DNA of 64,000 nucleotides from Raillietiella orientalis (Eukaryota): NCBI GenBank assembly GCA_036172245.1, contig JAYWIR010000005.1, positions 4,836,001 to 4,900,000 of the forward strand, read 5' to 3'. Shown piece by piece: positions 52,101 to 64,000 of this stretch (position 1 is its first letter; each line of letters starts with the position of its first letter). The notes under the pieces were generated by a model. It saw only the letters and a program-made list of their open reading frames with translations, ran no database searches and was not told where the DNA came from. The position numbers and the translations under genes were made by a program.

Positions 52101-54538
52101 TTACGTCCCGAAAATGCATTTTTGTAAGATTCATGTGAATAGTCATACGAAAATTTCACATGCCCTGTTGCGTAATTTCAACTTAACCAAATAACCGACT
52201 GAGACCAAAACCAGTTTTTATTTTTATTTTTTTTTCAAAAGCTGCATGCCAGAGAGGCGTTCTGAGGAATGAAAAAATGAAATCGAATCTATGCTTTCTT
52301 ATTTTATGATCCTGATTGCTAATGTTTATTGATAATTTTATGAGAGCATGCATATGTTGCTATTTAAATTATTGCTATATCTTTGCTGCCATGGTTTTCC
52401 ATGGCTAATGAGTAAATGACTGGTCAGCAAATTTGCCTTTCCCCTTTTTCGTTTTGTCTTGTTTACTGGGATATTGCCGCCCTGTATCCTGATCATCGAA
52501 CAAATGCATATATGCCACTATTTGATACATTTGCAATCGTTGAACTTGGACCTGCTGTGGTGATGTTTCATCATGCTACATTACCTGCCACTTCTGTGGA
52601 TGCTGGCTGTTTGTGTGTTGGACTAATTGGCTGCATAGAAATCCTCTCCAAGGAATGATGAAGATGGTCATCTAGTGTACTCACATGGAGACGTTCTTCA
52701 AGATAGATGTTCGTGAATAAATCTTCTCTTACAGTCATTTCTTTCTACATCATAAGGATTTACAAAATATGGACAAAATATGTAGCTCATTAAAAAAAAA
52801 CTGTTCTTCCAGTCTTTAATAATTCAGTTTAATTAGAGAAACTTGTTTTTAAGAAGGGAAATGCATGGTTACATTAACATTGATAGATATTTGCTATCAA
52901 GTTATGTCTGCGGGTTTTGACTTCTTTTCTTGTTAAGTAATGCATTTTTGTACGTTTTAGATAAAATACTGGCAACTTTGGGTGAAGGAACTTTCGGAAA
53001 GGTTGTGAAAGTGGAAGACCTTCATACGTAAGTGATCCTTACTTATTTGGCATGCAGTTTGTAATCAGAAAAGGAGCGAATCATTAATCAGCATTGAATT
53101 GTCTGACAAGATAAAATTGAAACACTTAGTAAACTATATGCACTTAATAATTTTTAAAGTAATGTATATCGAACGTTGCTTTTCATAAAATTGCAATTTT
53201 GGCAAGTTGAGTGGCATAATAATAACCAGAAATATTTGCATGTATAGATGTTTCTGGTTATTAAGTGTACTTTAAATTTAATTAGTTTTTTCCCCTCCCC
53301 ATTTGCAAAACGACTATACCATTTTTAATTTATTTGCATCAGGAAAAAATATCAGTTTCAATTCTTTTTGCAGCAATAACATCATGGCCCTAAAAATTGT
53401 TAGGAATATTGAAAAGTACAGGGAGGCCGCAAAATTAGAAGTCAATGTGTTGGAGAAGTTGTCAGAAAAAGATCCAGATGGGAAACAGTATGTACTTATA
53501 CATATGTTTTTGGTATTTTTTTTTTTCGAGACTGAAATTAAATTGCTATTTGTTTTAGCTTATGTGTGAAGATGCTAGATTGGTTTGACTACCATGGGCA
53601 TATGTGTATTGTCTTTGAAATGCTTGGGCTGTCTGTTTTCGATTTTTTGGTAAGAAAGATTCTTTAACATGCCACTTTCTGATGCTAGTTTACAGAAGGA
53701 TAACAATTATCAACCTTATCCGTTGGATCAGGTGCGACATATAGGATACCAGTTGTGCTACTCGGTAAAATTTCTCCACGACAACCAACTTAGCCATACA
53801 GACCTAAAACCTGAGAACATCTTGTTCGTCAACTCCGATTATGACATCACATTCAACGCCAAAAAAGTAGTACTGTACCCCAATCCCAGAAGCTGATTGT
53901 GTAACGCGCGCCTGCTCGCCCATCTTGCAGAAGAAGGACTACCGGACAGTAAAAAACACAGATGTCCGCCTGATTGACTTTGGCAGTGCCACATTCGATT
54001 ATGAGCACCATAGCACAATTGTATCAACGAGGCATTATCGTTCACCTGAGGTCATTTTGGAGTTGGGTTGGAGCCAGTCATGTGACGTGTGGAGTGTTGG
54101 CTGCATTCTCTTTGAGCTGTACCTCGGCTTTACGCTCTTCCAGACCCATGATAACATTGAACATCTGGCAATGATGGAACGAATCATCGGTCCATTACCC
54201 TCTCGTTTATGCCGTCGTTCTAAATGCAAGTATTTTTATCATGGAAAGTTGGATTGGGATGAACGCAGTACAGCAGCAAGGTATGTGAGAGAGAACTGCA
54301 AGCCCCTCAAAGTAAGTGAACATTAAATCTGGAAGCATAATTTTTTCATTAGCGCTATCGGATGAACGATGATGAAGATACAAATCTTCTCTTTGACCTG
54401 ATTGCAAGAATGTTGGATTATGATGCCAATCAAAGAATAACATTAGCAGAAGCCCTCAAGCATCCATTTTTCGATAAGATTCCGCTTGACAAGCGATTGG
54501 ACACAGATAGACAACGATCACATTCGTTGTCCAGGTGA
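46146..54538 (+). CDS. Doa: CLK/LAMMER dual-specificity SR-protein kinase (Doa/CLK orthologue), RS-rich N-terminal isoform, ~478 aa
   Basis: Exons 46146-46354, 49059-49206, 52639-52708, 52961-53027, 53374-53487, 53559-53649, 53696-53866, 53931-54311 and 54353-54538 join in frame (1437 nt). Motifs: [34 protein letters not shown] signature and C-terminal RSHSLSR as in Drosophila Doa. N-terminus [15 protein letters not shown] 40-nt 5'UTR intron (46106-46145) ends directly at the ATG. Confidence 0.93.
50552..50902 (+). CDS. Candidate alternative first coding exon of the CLK/Doa gene
   Basis: ATG-initiated 117-codon stretch in an otherwise stop-rich intron. It ends at TTG|gtaatg in phase 0, compatible with the phase-0 acceptor at 52639. 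Confidence 0.4.
51287..52011 (+). CDS. Candidate alternative N-terminal exon pair of the CLK/Doa gene (51287-51431, 51494-52011)
   Basis: ATG exon ends G|gtatgt (phase 1). A 62-nt intron ending gaag joins in frame to a 518-nt open exon, which ends TCC|gtaagt (consensus donor, phase 0) and matches the acceptor at 52639. Confidence 0.55.
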
Positions 54539-57199
54539 TTTCGGCCTGCTGCCTCTTGTGTTTATAGCTTTTCTGTAATAAAAGAATCGTTTTAATTTAT
54601 AGAACATATAAATCTTAAAAATGCTTCTTGCTTCTATCCAATTGGAAGATAGTGATTTTCATGCATAGCAATTATCCGTCCCACTGATTCTTTTTTCGTT
54701 TTGGCAGTAATTTTCTTATTTGAATATGCATTGCAGAAATGCAGTAATTAATGAAGTATCATTCCAATAGGTCTGTATTGGACAACAGCGGCCCTCCTAG
54801 CTTGGTTGGCTGAAGGTCAAGTTTAAAATTTTTGAATTAGCAAAAGTTTTTCCCTTAACTCGACCTATTTTATTACAGTTTAATTAGAACTTGTATTTCA
54901 ATGTTTGAAACTTGCATCAGAGAGGCAACAAAAATCCCAGAACAAACTGGGAAGCCGACATCCCAACATGCTTTGACAAAATTGCGTTTTTATATCTAAA
55001 TTATTTTTGTTTTTTTTTATCATTTCTTGGAATATTCCTTGTTGATTTAGAACACATCGACACCAATATTACAAATCGAGGCTTGTCCGGAAAAGCATGC
55101 TTAAAGCAGTCATGAGTATTTTTCCGTGGTGAACAACCGTCATAACAATCACTCGCTTTTGAAGCTGTTGTTACTGAGAAGCTGTGAAAGAAAAAAAAGT
55201 GAGTGCTGATTTCTGAACGTAATTTTCATTTTATTAAGGTTCAGGAATCTGTGAAAATGCGTTTGAAATGAGTTTTGAATCATAAATTGATTTACTATAA
55301 ATAAGACAGTAGTGTTCATGGTGTGATACAAGATAAATAGTGATGTCGTGGGTCTGTGCATAATTGAATAAGTCCTGTAATCTATCAACCAGAGCGGAGT
55401 ATCGGAGAATGAGTTAAATTGTAATTGAATAAATTTTCTGTTTGATATGAAGCGGATGAATTTTTAGTGATTAGTAACGACTTCTCTGTGTGATGGCAGT
55501 GATTGGCCGCTTTGGTAGAACATAAAGTTCTAGCATGCAGTATGCAGTTTTAGAACAAATACAAATTCCAACTGTTAATAGCAACCACAGATTCGCACGG
55601 AGAGGTACTAGGCGAAGGCAGAAAGTACAAGAGCGCATAGTTGGGTATAGTGATAGACTTTGATCGTATGCATTCAATTATGTTTAAAAGCAAAACTTGA
55701 AAGAAGGGAAGCCTTTGTAAAGAGGTGCACCATCATGGGTGTGTTTTGTGATCATGAAGGATCCTTGTTTAATGTTCGACAGCCCGGTTCTAACTAGCAG
55801 GCATATCAAAGGTTCATGGTAACGATGCCATCAACGGCAAAAGTGGAGCTGCAAGCACGAAATAACAGTTAGCATTCCCTAATAGATAACTGTCGGGTTG
55901 GATTGGCCTGGTTTATTGCCCATCCAGTCCCGATTCGCCAATGCGGCTGCAGTGTCGAAGTTCCATGCGGTCTTTTGCTTATAAATTTCGAAAACATGAT
56001 GCTTACACGTAGTGAGTGTCCAATGTGATTTCGAGCCCTTGGATTTGGGTTTCACTGCTCGATTTTAACGTGCAGTGCTGTGGACGCGAGCATCGAGTGT
56101 CTTATCGGCATCGTATTCTGGGGGAGGGGGGGGGGGGATTATTATCTTGACCAAACTCCAAGAACGTTGTGTGCAAGGGCAGCAAAAACAAATGTGAATC
56201 AGTTTACACCATGTTGTAATGCATTTTGATCAGTACGCAAATGCAAAATATACTAGCATTGCAATATATGCAAACAATTCATGAGTATTAATTATGGATT
56301 TTCCAGCACGTGGGTCGGATATCTGTTGCGTCAAGAGTTGGTTTCTGTGCAGTAACAGGAAGACTGCATGAAAAAGAACTTCGTTGTTGCCCACCTCGAG
56401 AAATTTTTAATAAAAATAAGGTTTATCCCCTGAAACTCAGTTTGCTTTTCACAATCAATTCAAGAGCAGATACAGTGCATGCTATACGTACCGTAGCATT
56501 AGCCTCATTTCAAACATCAAAATGAAATCACGTTATTATATACTGTACACAGACTTCTTAAAGCCGTGTGTCAGGTTTGAACGCAATGCACTGCATAGAC
56601 AAAACTTTACAGTTGACAGTAATTTTTTTTTTTTTTTATTTTATCGAATTAGGTACGACATTATAAACCTTTTCGCAAACACTGTCGCATAGCTCGGCCA
56701 TAATCTGCGTTCCTGTGTACTGAGGCGTTTTCGTCAGCTTTTTCTTTAAAGCTTTCGATTTAAGGATTGCAGTTGGGGACAGTGCCGGCATGCGTGCATA
56801 AGTATTAATAGCGGAGGAAACATTCATCGAGTCGCAAATAAAAGTCATACTTTGTACCATTTTTCCGATTGGGGCTGATCATGGTCTGAGGAGTGACCAA
56901 CAGAGGTACCACTTAAGGTCAAAAAAAAAACCCAATTTCCGTATAATGGGGATAAGGGTACTTGCTTTACAAAGAGCACTTGGATGTGTAAGTTTCTGTG
57001 AATCTGTATTTCTCGTATGGCAGGGTTGTTTCCCAGGGCCCTTTTAGCTGGCATTCCGGTTAAGGCATCCATGGAAGATGCAACTGAAGCTAGTAAGAAC
57101 AAAAAGAATTTCTACTCCATTAGCACGTTTGCGGATTTTGCAGCTATTTGCAAGGAGCATTCCTGGTAATCTGAAGCGCGCTAATGGATCTTATTTAAT

Positions 57200-59800
57200 C
57201 AGAGTTAAGAAAACATCATTCAAATGATAAGAGCGTTTCAAAATTCTTTTGACGTGGCCAAAGATTCGACGGCACTAAAATTTCAGCGTATCAGTAGTTC
57301 CCAATACGGGAAAGCATTCCAGAGATGAATGTCTCCGGTTTTAATTGCAAACTTGATGCTAAAAGATCATGTTTGGAATATACCTACAGTGATGGGAACT
57401 CAGAAGGGAACGCAGGAAATCTTTGATCTTTTGATCCTTTCGTAAAAATGGTAGGGATCCACAGATACTTGCCCTGCAAATATTGGAGTTCAACCCCGAA
57501 AAGAAAAAGGAAAAGAATTACCAAGCCGAACCTGATTCCTTATGTCGAGTGACGAAAAATCTTCTTAAGACCTTCCCTCTTCAGTTTTACAACGTTAGAA
57601 TGAATTCTTAAGGGAGATGAAACTGCGGCCGAGATGCGAAATGGATGGTCAAGCCATTGGAAATGCTTCTATTAGCAGAGAGAGCTATTGGTCCATGTAG
57701 CACGTGCTGAAGAAGTTTGAACATCATGGACTTTAGAGATTAAACAAAGGCGCTTGTGGCACCATGGTGGTCTCAGCTGCTTTCGAATGTTCAGTGAGTA
57801 GGGAATCGTGATGAAAGTGACCAGAGAGAATGGATTTGTCGATGGTGCCTTAGAACATCATATGTCAGGAGCCTCTTGAGTTGAATTAGCGAAGAAGAAA
57901 GTAGTATTCTAAGTCTATGAAGTTTCTCCAGCAAGCCTTCTGGTGAGAATTGCAAAAGTGTTATTGGAACATTAACCAAACATGCTTAATCTTCAAGCGC
58001 GTTTCTTAAGAACGAAAATCATTCTAGTCGTGAGCATATACACGACACATAACAATGATGACTAAAGAGAAGCCATGGGCTGCTTGAAAATGGGAACCCA
58101 CTTTTACACCAGAGATTCGTAGATTACAGCTTCATATGCGATGTTCACACATGAACTTTTCCCAGTTCACAAAGCTGATGGCAGAAGAGATGCAGTCACA
58201 GTTCCCATGCCAAAGCACGGTCTTGACAGCCGCATATCATCATCATGTTTCTCTCGCTCTCGAGAAAGTGTAAAAACTTGGTCCATGCTCTCATTAATAC
58301 AGTGGGGGCAGAGAGTAGCCAAATCCAACCGAATGAGTGTCAGGAACCTTTGTGCTTATCAATGCCATGCCGAAAGGAGTGAATTCCAAGTGCTTCTTGC
58401 TCTTGCTAACCACTTCGTAATGGCATTGCACTCGGAGCAACGGAAGAGGAATTCAGGAGGCTAAATCTTAGAAGGTGACTAATCCCAAAGCCCCATGCAA
58501 CCGTTTCTAGGGCTTTTCAGATAGAAGGAACAAGAGAGATAACAATTAGGTGTCCTTCAGGGCATGAAGATTTCAAGAAGAAAAGAGGTTGGGCATCCGC
58601 ATACGCTATGCCACTCGTCTAATGATTCTTGTCAAGTACAATGCCAAAGGTTGATTACCATTAGGAACTGCACTTATGTCGGGGTAATGCATTAACTGTA
58701 GGGAGGGAGCGCTGTGAACTGGAAATAGCAGCTAATGGATTGATGAAAGAAGAGATTCTCACCCGAAGAAACAAGCTTTTCAGTGCTGCATCAGTTTAAC
58801 AGATTGTGGCACAGCAGATCCCAAATGTTCGGTTTTCTTCGCCATTTTCCAAGAGGACAGGCACAGAAACTGACGTTCTGTCTTCGAGGAAATCAGTCTT
58901 TGCCTGGTTGACGTTCACAGGAGCGGATTCCCACAAAAATTAGTCTTACAGTTTCCCATTTGGTCCCTGCAGCTAGAATCCATATCAGGATTCTCATCAA
59001 GCAGGAGGCACTACCAATCATACAAGGGTGATTCAGCATTTGTACTCGAGACTACAGGCATTCCACGGTGCGCTTGCATTTTCGTTGCCGACGAAAAGTC
59101 GACCTCTCATTCCGACCAATCAAAAAGCAACATCGTACTTCCCCCACTGCCTCAGTTCCGTTCTTTCCAGCTTCGGATTTTCGCTGTCCCAGGCTGCAAA
59201 TTTTCTCCGCTTCCGTGACTGCTTTCATCGAGTGTCGCTCGCGCTTCTGGAAGAGGGCATCCCTTCTGGGAAAGGCGAGGTGCAAACATAACAAGAGTTT
59301 TAAATTTTTTCTCTCGCCCCTGGGATCCCCTAGTTATCATCCGTCACGGAATGTACCGCCGAGAGACCAAACCGACAGTCAGAAAACAAACCTTCATGAC
59401 CTTCAACGACTGGAAGATCCAGTAATCAGTCAGGAGTGCTAAAAATTCCAAACTGAGGCTTTAGTGACGATGTCTTTGCGCCTTTTCCCGGTAGTTACGG
59501 ACCAACTTTGAAACAAGGAAGAACGTGCACAGGAGCCACGTGTGCCACAGCATGTCCGAATGAAAAGGAAGTACTTCCGAAAAAGGAAAACAAAAAGAAA
59601 AGCAACCTGCTAGACACTCTACAAGAGGGAGGGGGTTGAGGGCTGCCATCCCGTCAGTCCATCTTCTAACCATCTGAGTTACAATGACATAGGGAAAGGA
59701 AAAACAAAGCATCTCATCGCATCCCGTAACAACTTAGAGATCTGTACCGACGGTTAGCTCTTTCGTTGAAGGCACTGCTGGAATGTGGAAATATTGAATC
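57200..59800 (+). mobile_element. Highly decayed LINE (EN/RT remnants)
   Basis: AVTVPMPKHG (~58190-58220, cf. AxIxPIPKxG), LPLGTALMSG (~58660, cf. VPQGSVLSP) and ILEFNP (~57480, cf. GDFN). Confidence 0.35.
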
Positions 59801-59846
59801 CGACCGGAAACAGCCGGACAATGGCTAAAAAATAACATATAATAAC

Positions 59847-60944
59847 ATGAGATCTTCTAGAAAAAGCTGAACTGATAGGGCAGATCTCTTGAGAAGAAGT
59901 GCAGACCAAGAGCTTCTGATAAGAGTGAAGAGAATTCTTACTCTCCTACTGGATTTACAGAGCTATAGGAAGAGGAGCAACTATTCCTGTGAAAACCTCC
60001 GACTTATACAGAGTTGCCGGGAGCAGGATTACCCGATCACGGCTTGGCAGGGAAGGTTTTCCGGAACAAATGGAATTTGCAAAGATTCCCGTGAAGGACA
60101 AGTTGTAGGTTCTTCACGGAGACGGTGTTCTCTTCAAAGGACTATGAAGAAAATGCAAGAGAGAGCTGTTTCCCCACAGCTTCCATCGTTTCCTCGGCTT
60201 TGGCTTTTTGGTTATTGAAAAAGGGTTGGACCGTAATGGCTGCTCAAGTGTGGGGGTGTTCTTGCGTTGAGGTGAGCGTTCTGTTGGGAAACCTACCTCC
60301 AAAGTTAGACGTTGGAGCTCTTTGTTCGGCACGGGAGGTTTCTGCTAGGGGACCACGCCCTCTTTCTTGAGTTTTATTCAGCTTCAGACGAAATGATGAA
60401 TGGCAGGGGTGGACTCCGCCATCCACTCCACCATCTTGCTATCCCTCCGGTAGCTTGCTGGGAGTTGCTCATCCTGACGTAGGCGTGTCCTCCGGCTACG
60501 GCGGGTATTGGCCCGCAGCATCGTTTTCGTTTTTGGTTCCTGCTCTCGAGTTCTCTGAGTGCCTCGACGTTCTCGGGGTCCCAGGCTCTGAGAGCTCTTA
60601 CCGAGTCCGGTGTTCCTCCGTCTGCGAAAAGAAGGGACGGTTCGGTGTGCTTGGCCTCTTTTGTTGCTTCCAGTTCCGTCGTATCGCGTTCTCACTTGGG
60701 AGGCAGTGTCGCGTGCGTCCGACTCTCTTTCGGGAGCACCAGGTCCGTCCGGAGTCTCAAAGTCGTCCTCCGGGTTCAGTCGATGGTGAGGTCACCAGCT
60801 CCAATTTCCCTTGCGACGCTTCCTTGATGTGCTCCGCAGCCAGATGGACGCGCCTCTTAGCGACGAAGTTGGGACCTCTCACGCAGCGATCGAGCGCGTG
60901 CGCTGGGAGCTCTTCCCTTATCGAGAACCTCTTGCTCGTCCGAT
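59847..60944 (-). repeat. 1098-bp near-identical inverted repeat, copy 2
   Basis: Reverse complement of 13425-14522. Confidence 0.97.
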
Positions 60945-63900
60945 TCACACCACTCCTCGCTCCTTGCATGCACCGCCCGCACGGGCAGTAGCTCTCGAGC
61001 AGCATCTTGGAGTGGTAGTCGGGGGACTGCAGGTGACCCCCGATGTGCAGGAAGTGGCTGGGCACACGTCGTTGCCCGACGCAGGACACTCCATCTTTTC
61101 CCCCTGACGTGGGTGCCTCTGGAGGCAGACGCTTCCTCGCTCTGGAGCGTGCGTGCTCCAGACCAGAGGTTCATTTGCGCCTGATGTGTTTGAAGGAGGC
61201 GAATTCCTCGAGTGTTATCTTGAGCCGGTCATCTTCGGATTTCCAGCGCGCTTGCGTTCTCTCGGACGCTCCGCGAGGATTCCCTGCGTGCGTCACTTCG
61301 CGGCTTGGCTCTCTTTCCAGGCACGGATGTCCCGAGGTCTGCATCTGGCGCTCTCGGGATTGGATTCATCTGGCGGCCATTACTCGCAAGATGGCTCTGG
61401 AGAGTTCGATGACGACGGTGAATGCGGGGGTGTCAGCAGACCGAGACAGCTGCTATCCACGGCGAAGTTGTCTGTTTCGTCCGGTGAGTTGGAGGGACGA
61501 CCCAGGCGTCCCCACGCAGCGGCCAGTGAGTCGACATTTGTTCGCCCCTCTGCACGTGTACATTCCCTGATAACTCGCCAAGCATGGTGTGTACGAGGGT
61601 GCACATCAGTCTGCCTTCCGATGTGCGCCGACTCTCCAGGAGTGGTAGGGAGGTAAAAAGAATATCTGTTGGCTGTCCTTCGTTTTCGTCAAGTCGGCAC
61701 GTTGGACTGTGGTCCAACGTGCCGAATGCTCGGGGAAGCACCTAGTCTCTTGAGCTCTCAGACGGGAGTGGACTCGTCTCAAATAGTTCTTCCGGATACG
61801 TGCTCGCATCGGAAGTAGGACCGGGATGCGGGCTTCATCGATTAGAAAGTTGGCCTTTCTGGCTCCGTATCTGAAGTTTGCCTCCACCTGCTCAGAAACG
61901 GTGGCTAACTTTTTGTACCACAGCAACGCTTCCCAACGTCACAGGTAGCCTCTCTTCCATTCAAGGATTTCCGTCTTGAAAGGCATGTAATTCCTGTGGC
62001 TCTGTGCACTGCGTGTTCGTCTGGCCTTGCTCCACCTGATTTTTGCTTCCCCCCAAAATCAAAGTGGACCCTTACGGAAGATTGTGCGACCTTGTCATCC
62101 ATAGCAGCAGGACATGAATCAACAGCTAAGGACCTTTCAGCATGGCTTCCAGAAGTGGCAGAGGCGTTCACGCATTCGAGTATGATCAGGAGGGGTAGGT
62201 GTCTTGAAGGGGAGGTATGTGGTGGTTGTGGAAAATGCTTCGTACCGTCCTGAAAGATAGTGGCCCGCGGAAATTTCGTCGCTCTCGCAGATCAGCAGAG
62301 AGCCAGACGGTAAAGAACGTTCGGGAAACTTCAAGACTGGGGTAACCTTGAACACGACAGACTCCTCAAGAAAGGGCGTGGAGCGGTTCGCTGTCGATCA
62401 GCTAGGGGAAGCGAAGAAGACTTCGGAAACGAACCACGAACCGAACCATTCTGCGCCTGCAGGGCGCGGAAGACAATGCTCCGAAAGGTCCTCCTGCTAC
62501 CCGGAAGTGCCGAAGGGATGCTGCCTCTGGAAAACGCGTAGCCTTAGAGTCGCAGCCAACGAGGGGATTCCTCTGTTGCCCCGCAAAGATTCTCGCTCCT
62601 CCTTCTCCCCTTCCTCCCGACCGCTCTCAGCGAAAGATGAGGGATGACAGGTGAGATCAATTCCCGCCAGCCACCGTCCCAGATTTCTTCTTCCGCGGTG
62701 GACGGAATTCCTTCACCCAGAGCGCCTCGGCGGAGGGTGCAGTTCCTCTCTACCCGGAACGTCTCTTACCGATATTTGGGCGACGTGCTGTCTCAGCCAT
62801 CCTGTCTGCCTCCGAGGACTACCGCATCCTCGAGATGAATTACAGTGATGGTGCGCGCGCCGAAGTCCAACGAAGATGAATCACAGACGTCTCCTCGGAT
62901 CCGGATGGCGTGACGGACGCCATTTCGCTCTTTCTTCAGGTCTGCCGCCGCACCGGTACTGACACGCGCCACCTGGAGTCCCGGTTTATTCCATCCGGAC
63001 TCCTTGCGGCTTTGTTGCGAGGGGAAACTTTCCTTTCCCTTCCCCTAGGTGTTTTCCCGGTTCGGGTCACCGGAAAAGACGAGAGGCATGCACGCACGTA
63101 CGGATGCACGAACGAACGAACGCACGCATGCACGCAAACACGCACGCGCTCGCTCGCTCGCTCGCTCGCTCGCGACACGCAGCACGGAAGTGAGATGGAA
63201 CGACGGGGCGTGGATTGCCGGGAAGACAGGGTGGGCGGAACTTATCTGGGTTGAGACTGGGGCAGCCTCCAAGAGGGAGCGGTTGAGGAAAAAGGTGCAG
63301 AGGAGGGGTTGCGTTGCGGAGAGCGGAGGAGCTTCAATCTTCGGGCGCTGTGTGGGGAGGCAGAAAGGAGTTGATCGGACAGGGTAGAAAAGAAGCTACT
63401 TCTCGCCCTTCTCAGGGACCAGGTCGCAGTGTTCCTCTTCACTGGAGACCTCCTCGTGTCCCCGGCGACCCTGGTTGACTCTTCCGTCTTGTGGAGGCGC
63501 CAGCTCGGGAAAGTCGGGGCCGCCGTTGCACCGCCGTCCTGCCGTCCCTTTCGAGACTGCCGCCCTCTTCACGCTGGGTTCGTCTGGAACGGAATCTCTG
63601 GACCTGGTCGCTTCGGGACTCAGGGTGGCCCGAATGAGGTGCCAAGAGGTCTCCTTGCCTGAGGCCTCCGCACCACTTGTCGTGGTGCCGGGGAAAACCA
63701 TACTTCCGGTCTGATGAAGTCCGAGGGCTTCCTCTAATCATCCCTCGAAGAAGCGACCGATCCCCGTGTGTTCCAGAAGCATCTCTCCAGCGCAAATGTT
63801 GGAGGTCACCACCGTGCGCGCTCGGAGGCAGCGGACGAGAGAAGCCGAAGGGGTTCTTTCACGCGTCTTTCTCACCTGCGACCGACCTTTGGGTTGGCTC

Positions 63901-64000
63901 GCTGGCTAAATAGGCGGCATGGACTCCATGCGAGTGGCTGTTGGAGCTGCTGAGAGTTTCGCCTCAAAATATTGTTCCTCCCTCTCTTGCCCCAGGGCGC
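60372..64000 (-). mobile_element. Long decayed RLE-type non-LTR retrotransposon (5' end near or beyond window edge)
   Basis: Minus-strand order: Zn-finger-like WCGG..H..H (~63630-63680), Myb-like SEEEHCDL (~63420-63445), RT-like PAAMDDKV (~62090-62110), Cys cluster ~60970-60990, then the RLE remnant and AATAAA shared with 13425-13997. Confidence 0.55.
63085..63180. repeat. Compound tetranucleotide microsatellite (GCAC/GAAC/GCTC)
   Basis: Seen directly. Confidence 0.85.

Noticed and set aside
52416..52658. 80-aa ORF overlapping the kinase exon acceptor
   Set aside because: Out of frame with the kinase and intronic in character (branch-point-like gactaat at 52621).
13425..60944. Giant DNA transposon with 1.1-kb terminal inverted repeats carrying IFT140, cif and Doa
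   Set aside because: The repeat is made of retroelement sequence and continues into different retroelements outside. No outer TSD or transposase was seen.

Overview
Eukaryotic (invertebrate animal, probably ecdysozoan) genomic DNA. An AT-rich gene island (~31-56 kb) holds two intact, divergently oriented spliced genes: IFT140 (minus strand, 16 exons, ~1392 aa, introns mostly 37-52 nt) and a CLK/LAMMER kinase of the Doa type (plus strand, ~478 aa, with candidate alternative N-terminal exons). Between them (~40.7-43.4 kb, minus strand) is the most striking feature: a decayed, bacterial-style two-gene cassette. It resembles the Wolbachia/Rickettsiales cytoplasmic-incompatibility pair cifA-cifB, with a surviving Shine-Dalgarno site, a CifB N-terminus and a Ulp1-like deubiquitylase remnant, and is probably an endosymbiont-to-host gene transfer. 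The flanks (1-31 kb, 56-64 kb) are nested, decayed retroelements: RLE-type, I-type, Tx1/L1-type and RTE-like non-LTR elements, a Gypsy remnant and a long tRNA-headed SINE-like family. A 1098-bp near-identical inverted duplication brackets the gene island. All homology calls come from manual translation and recalled family motifs; no database search was run.
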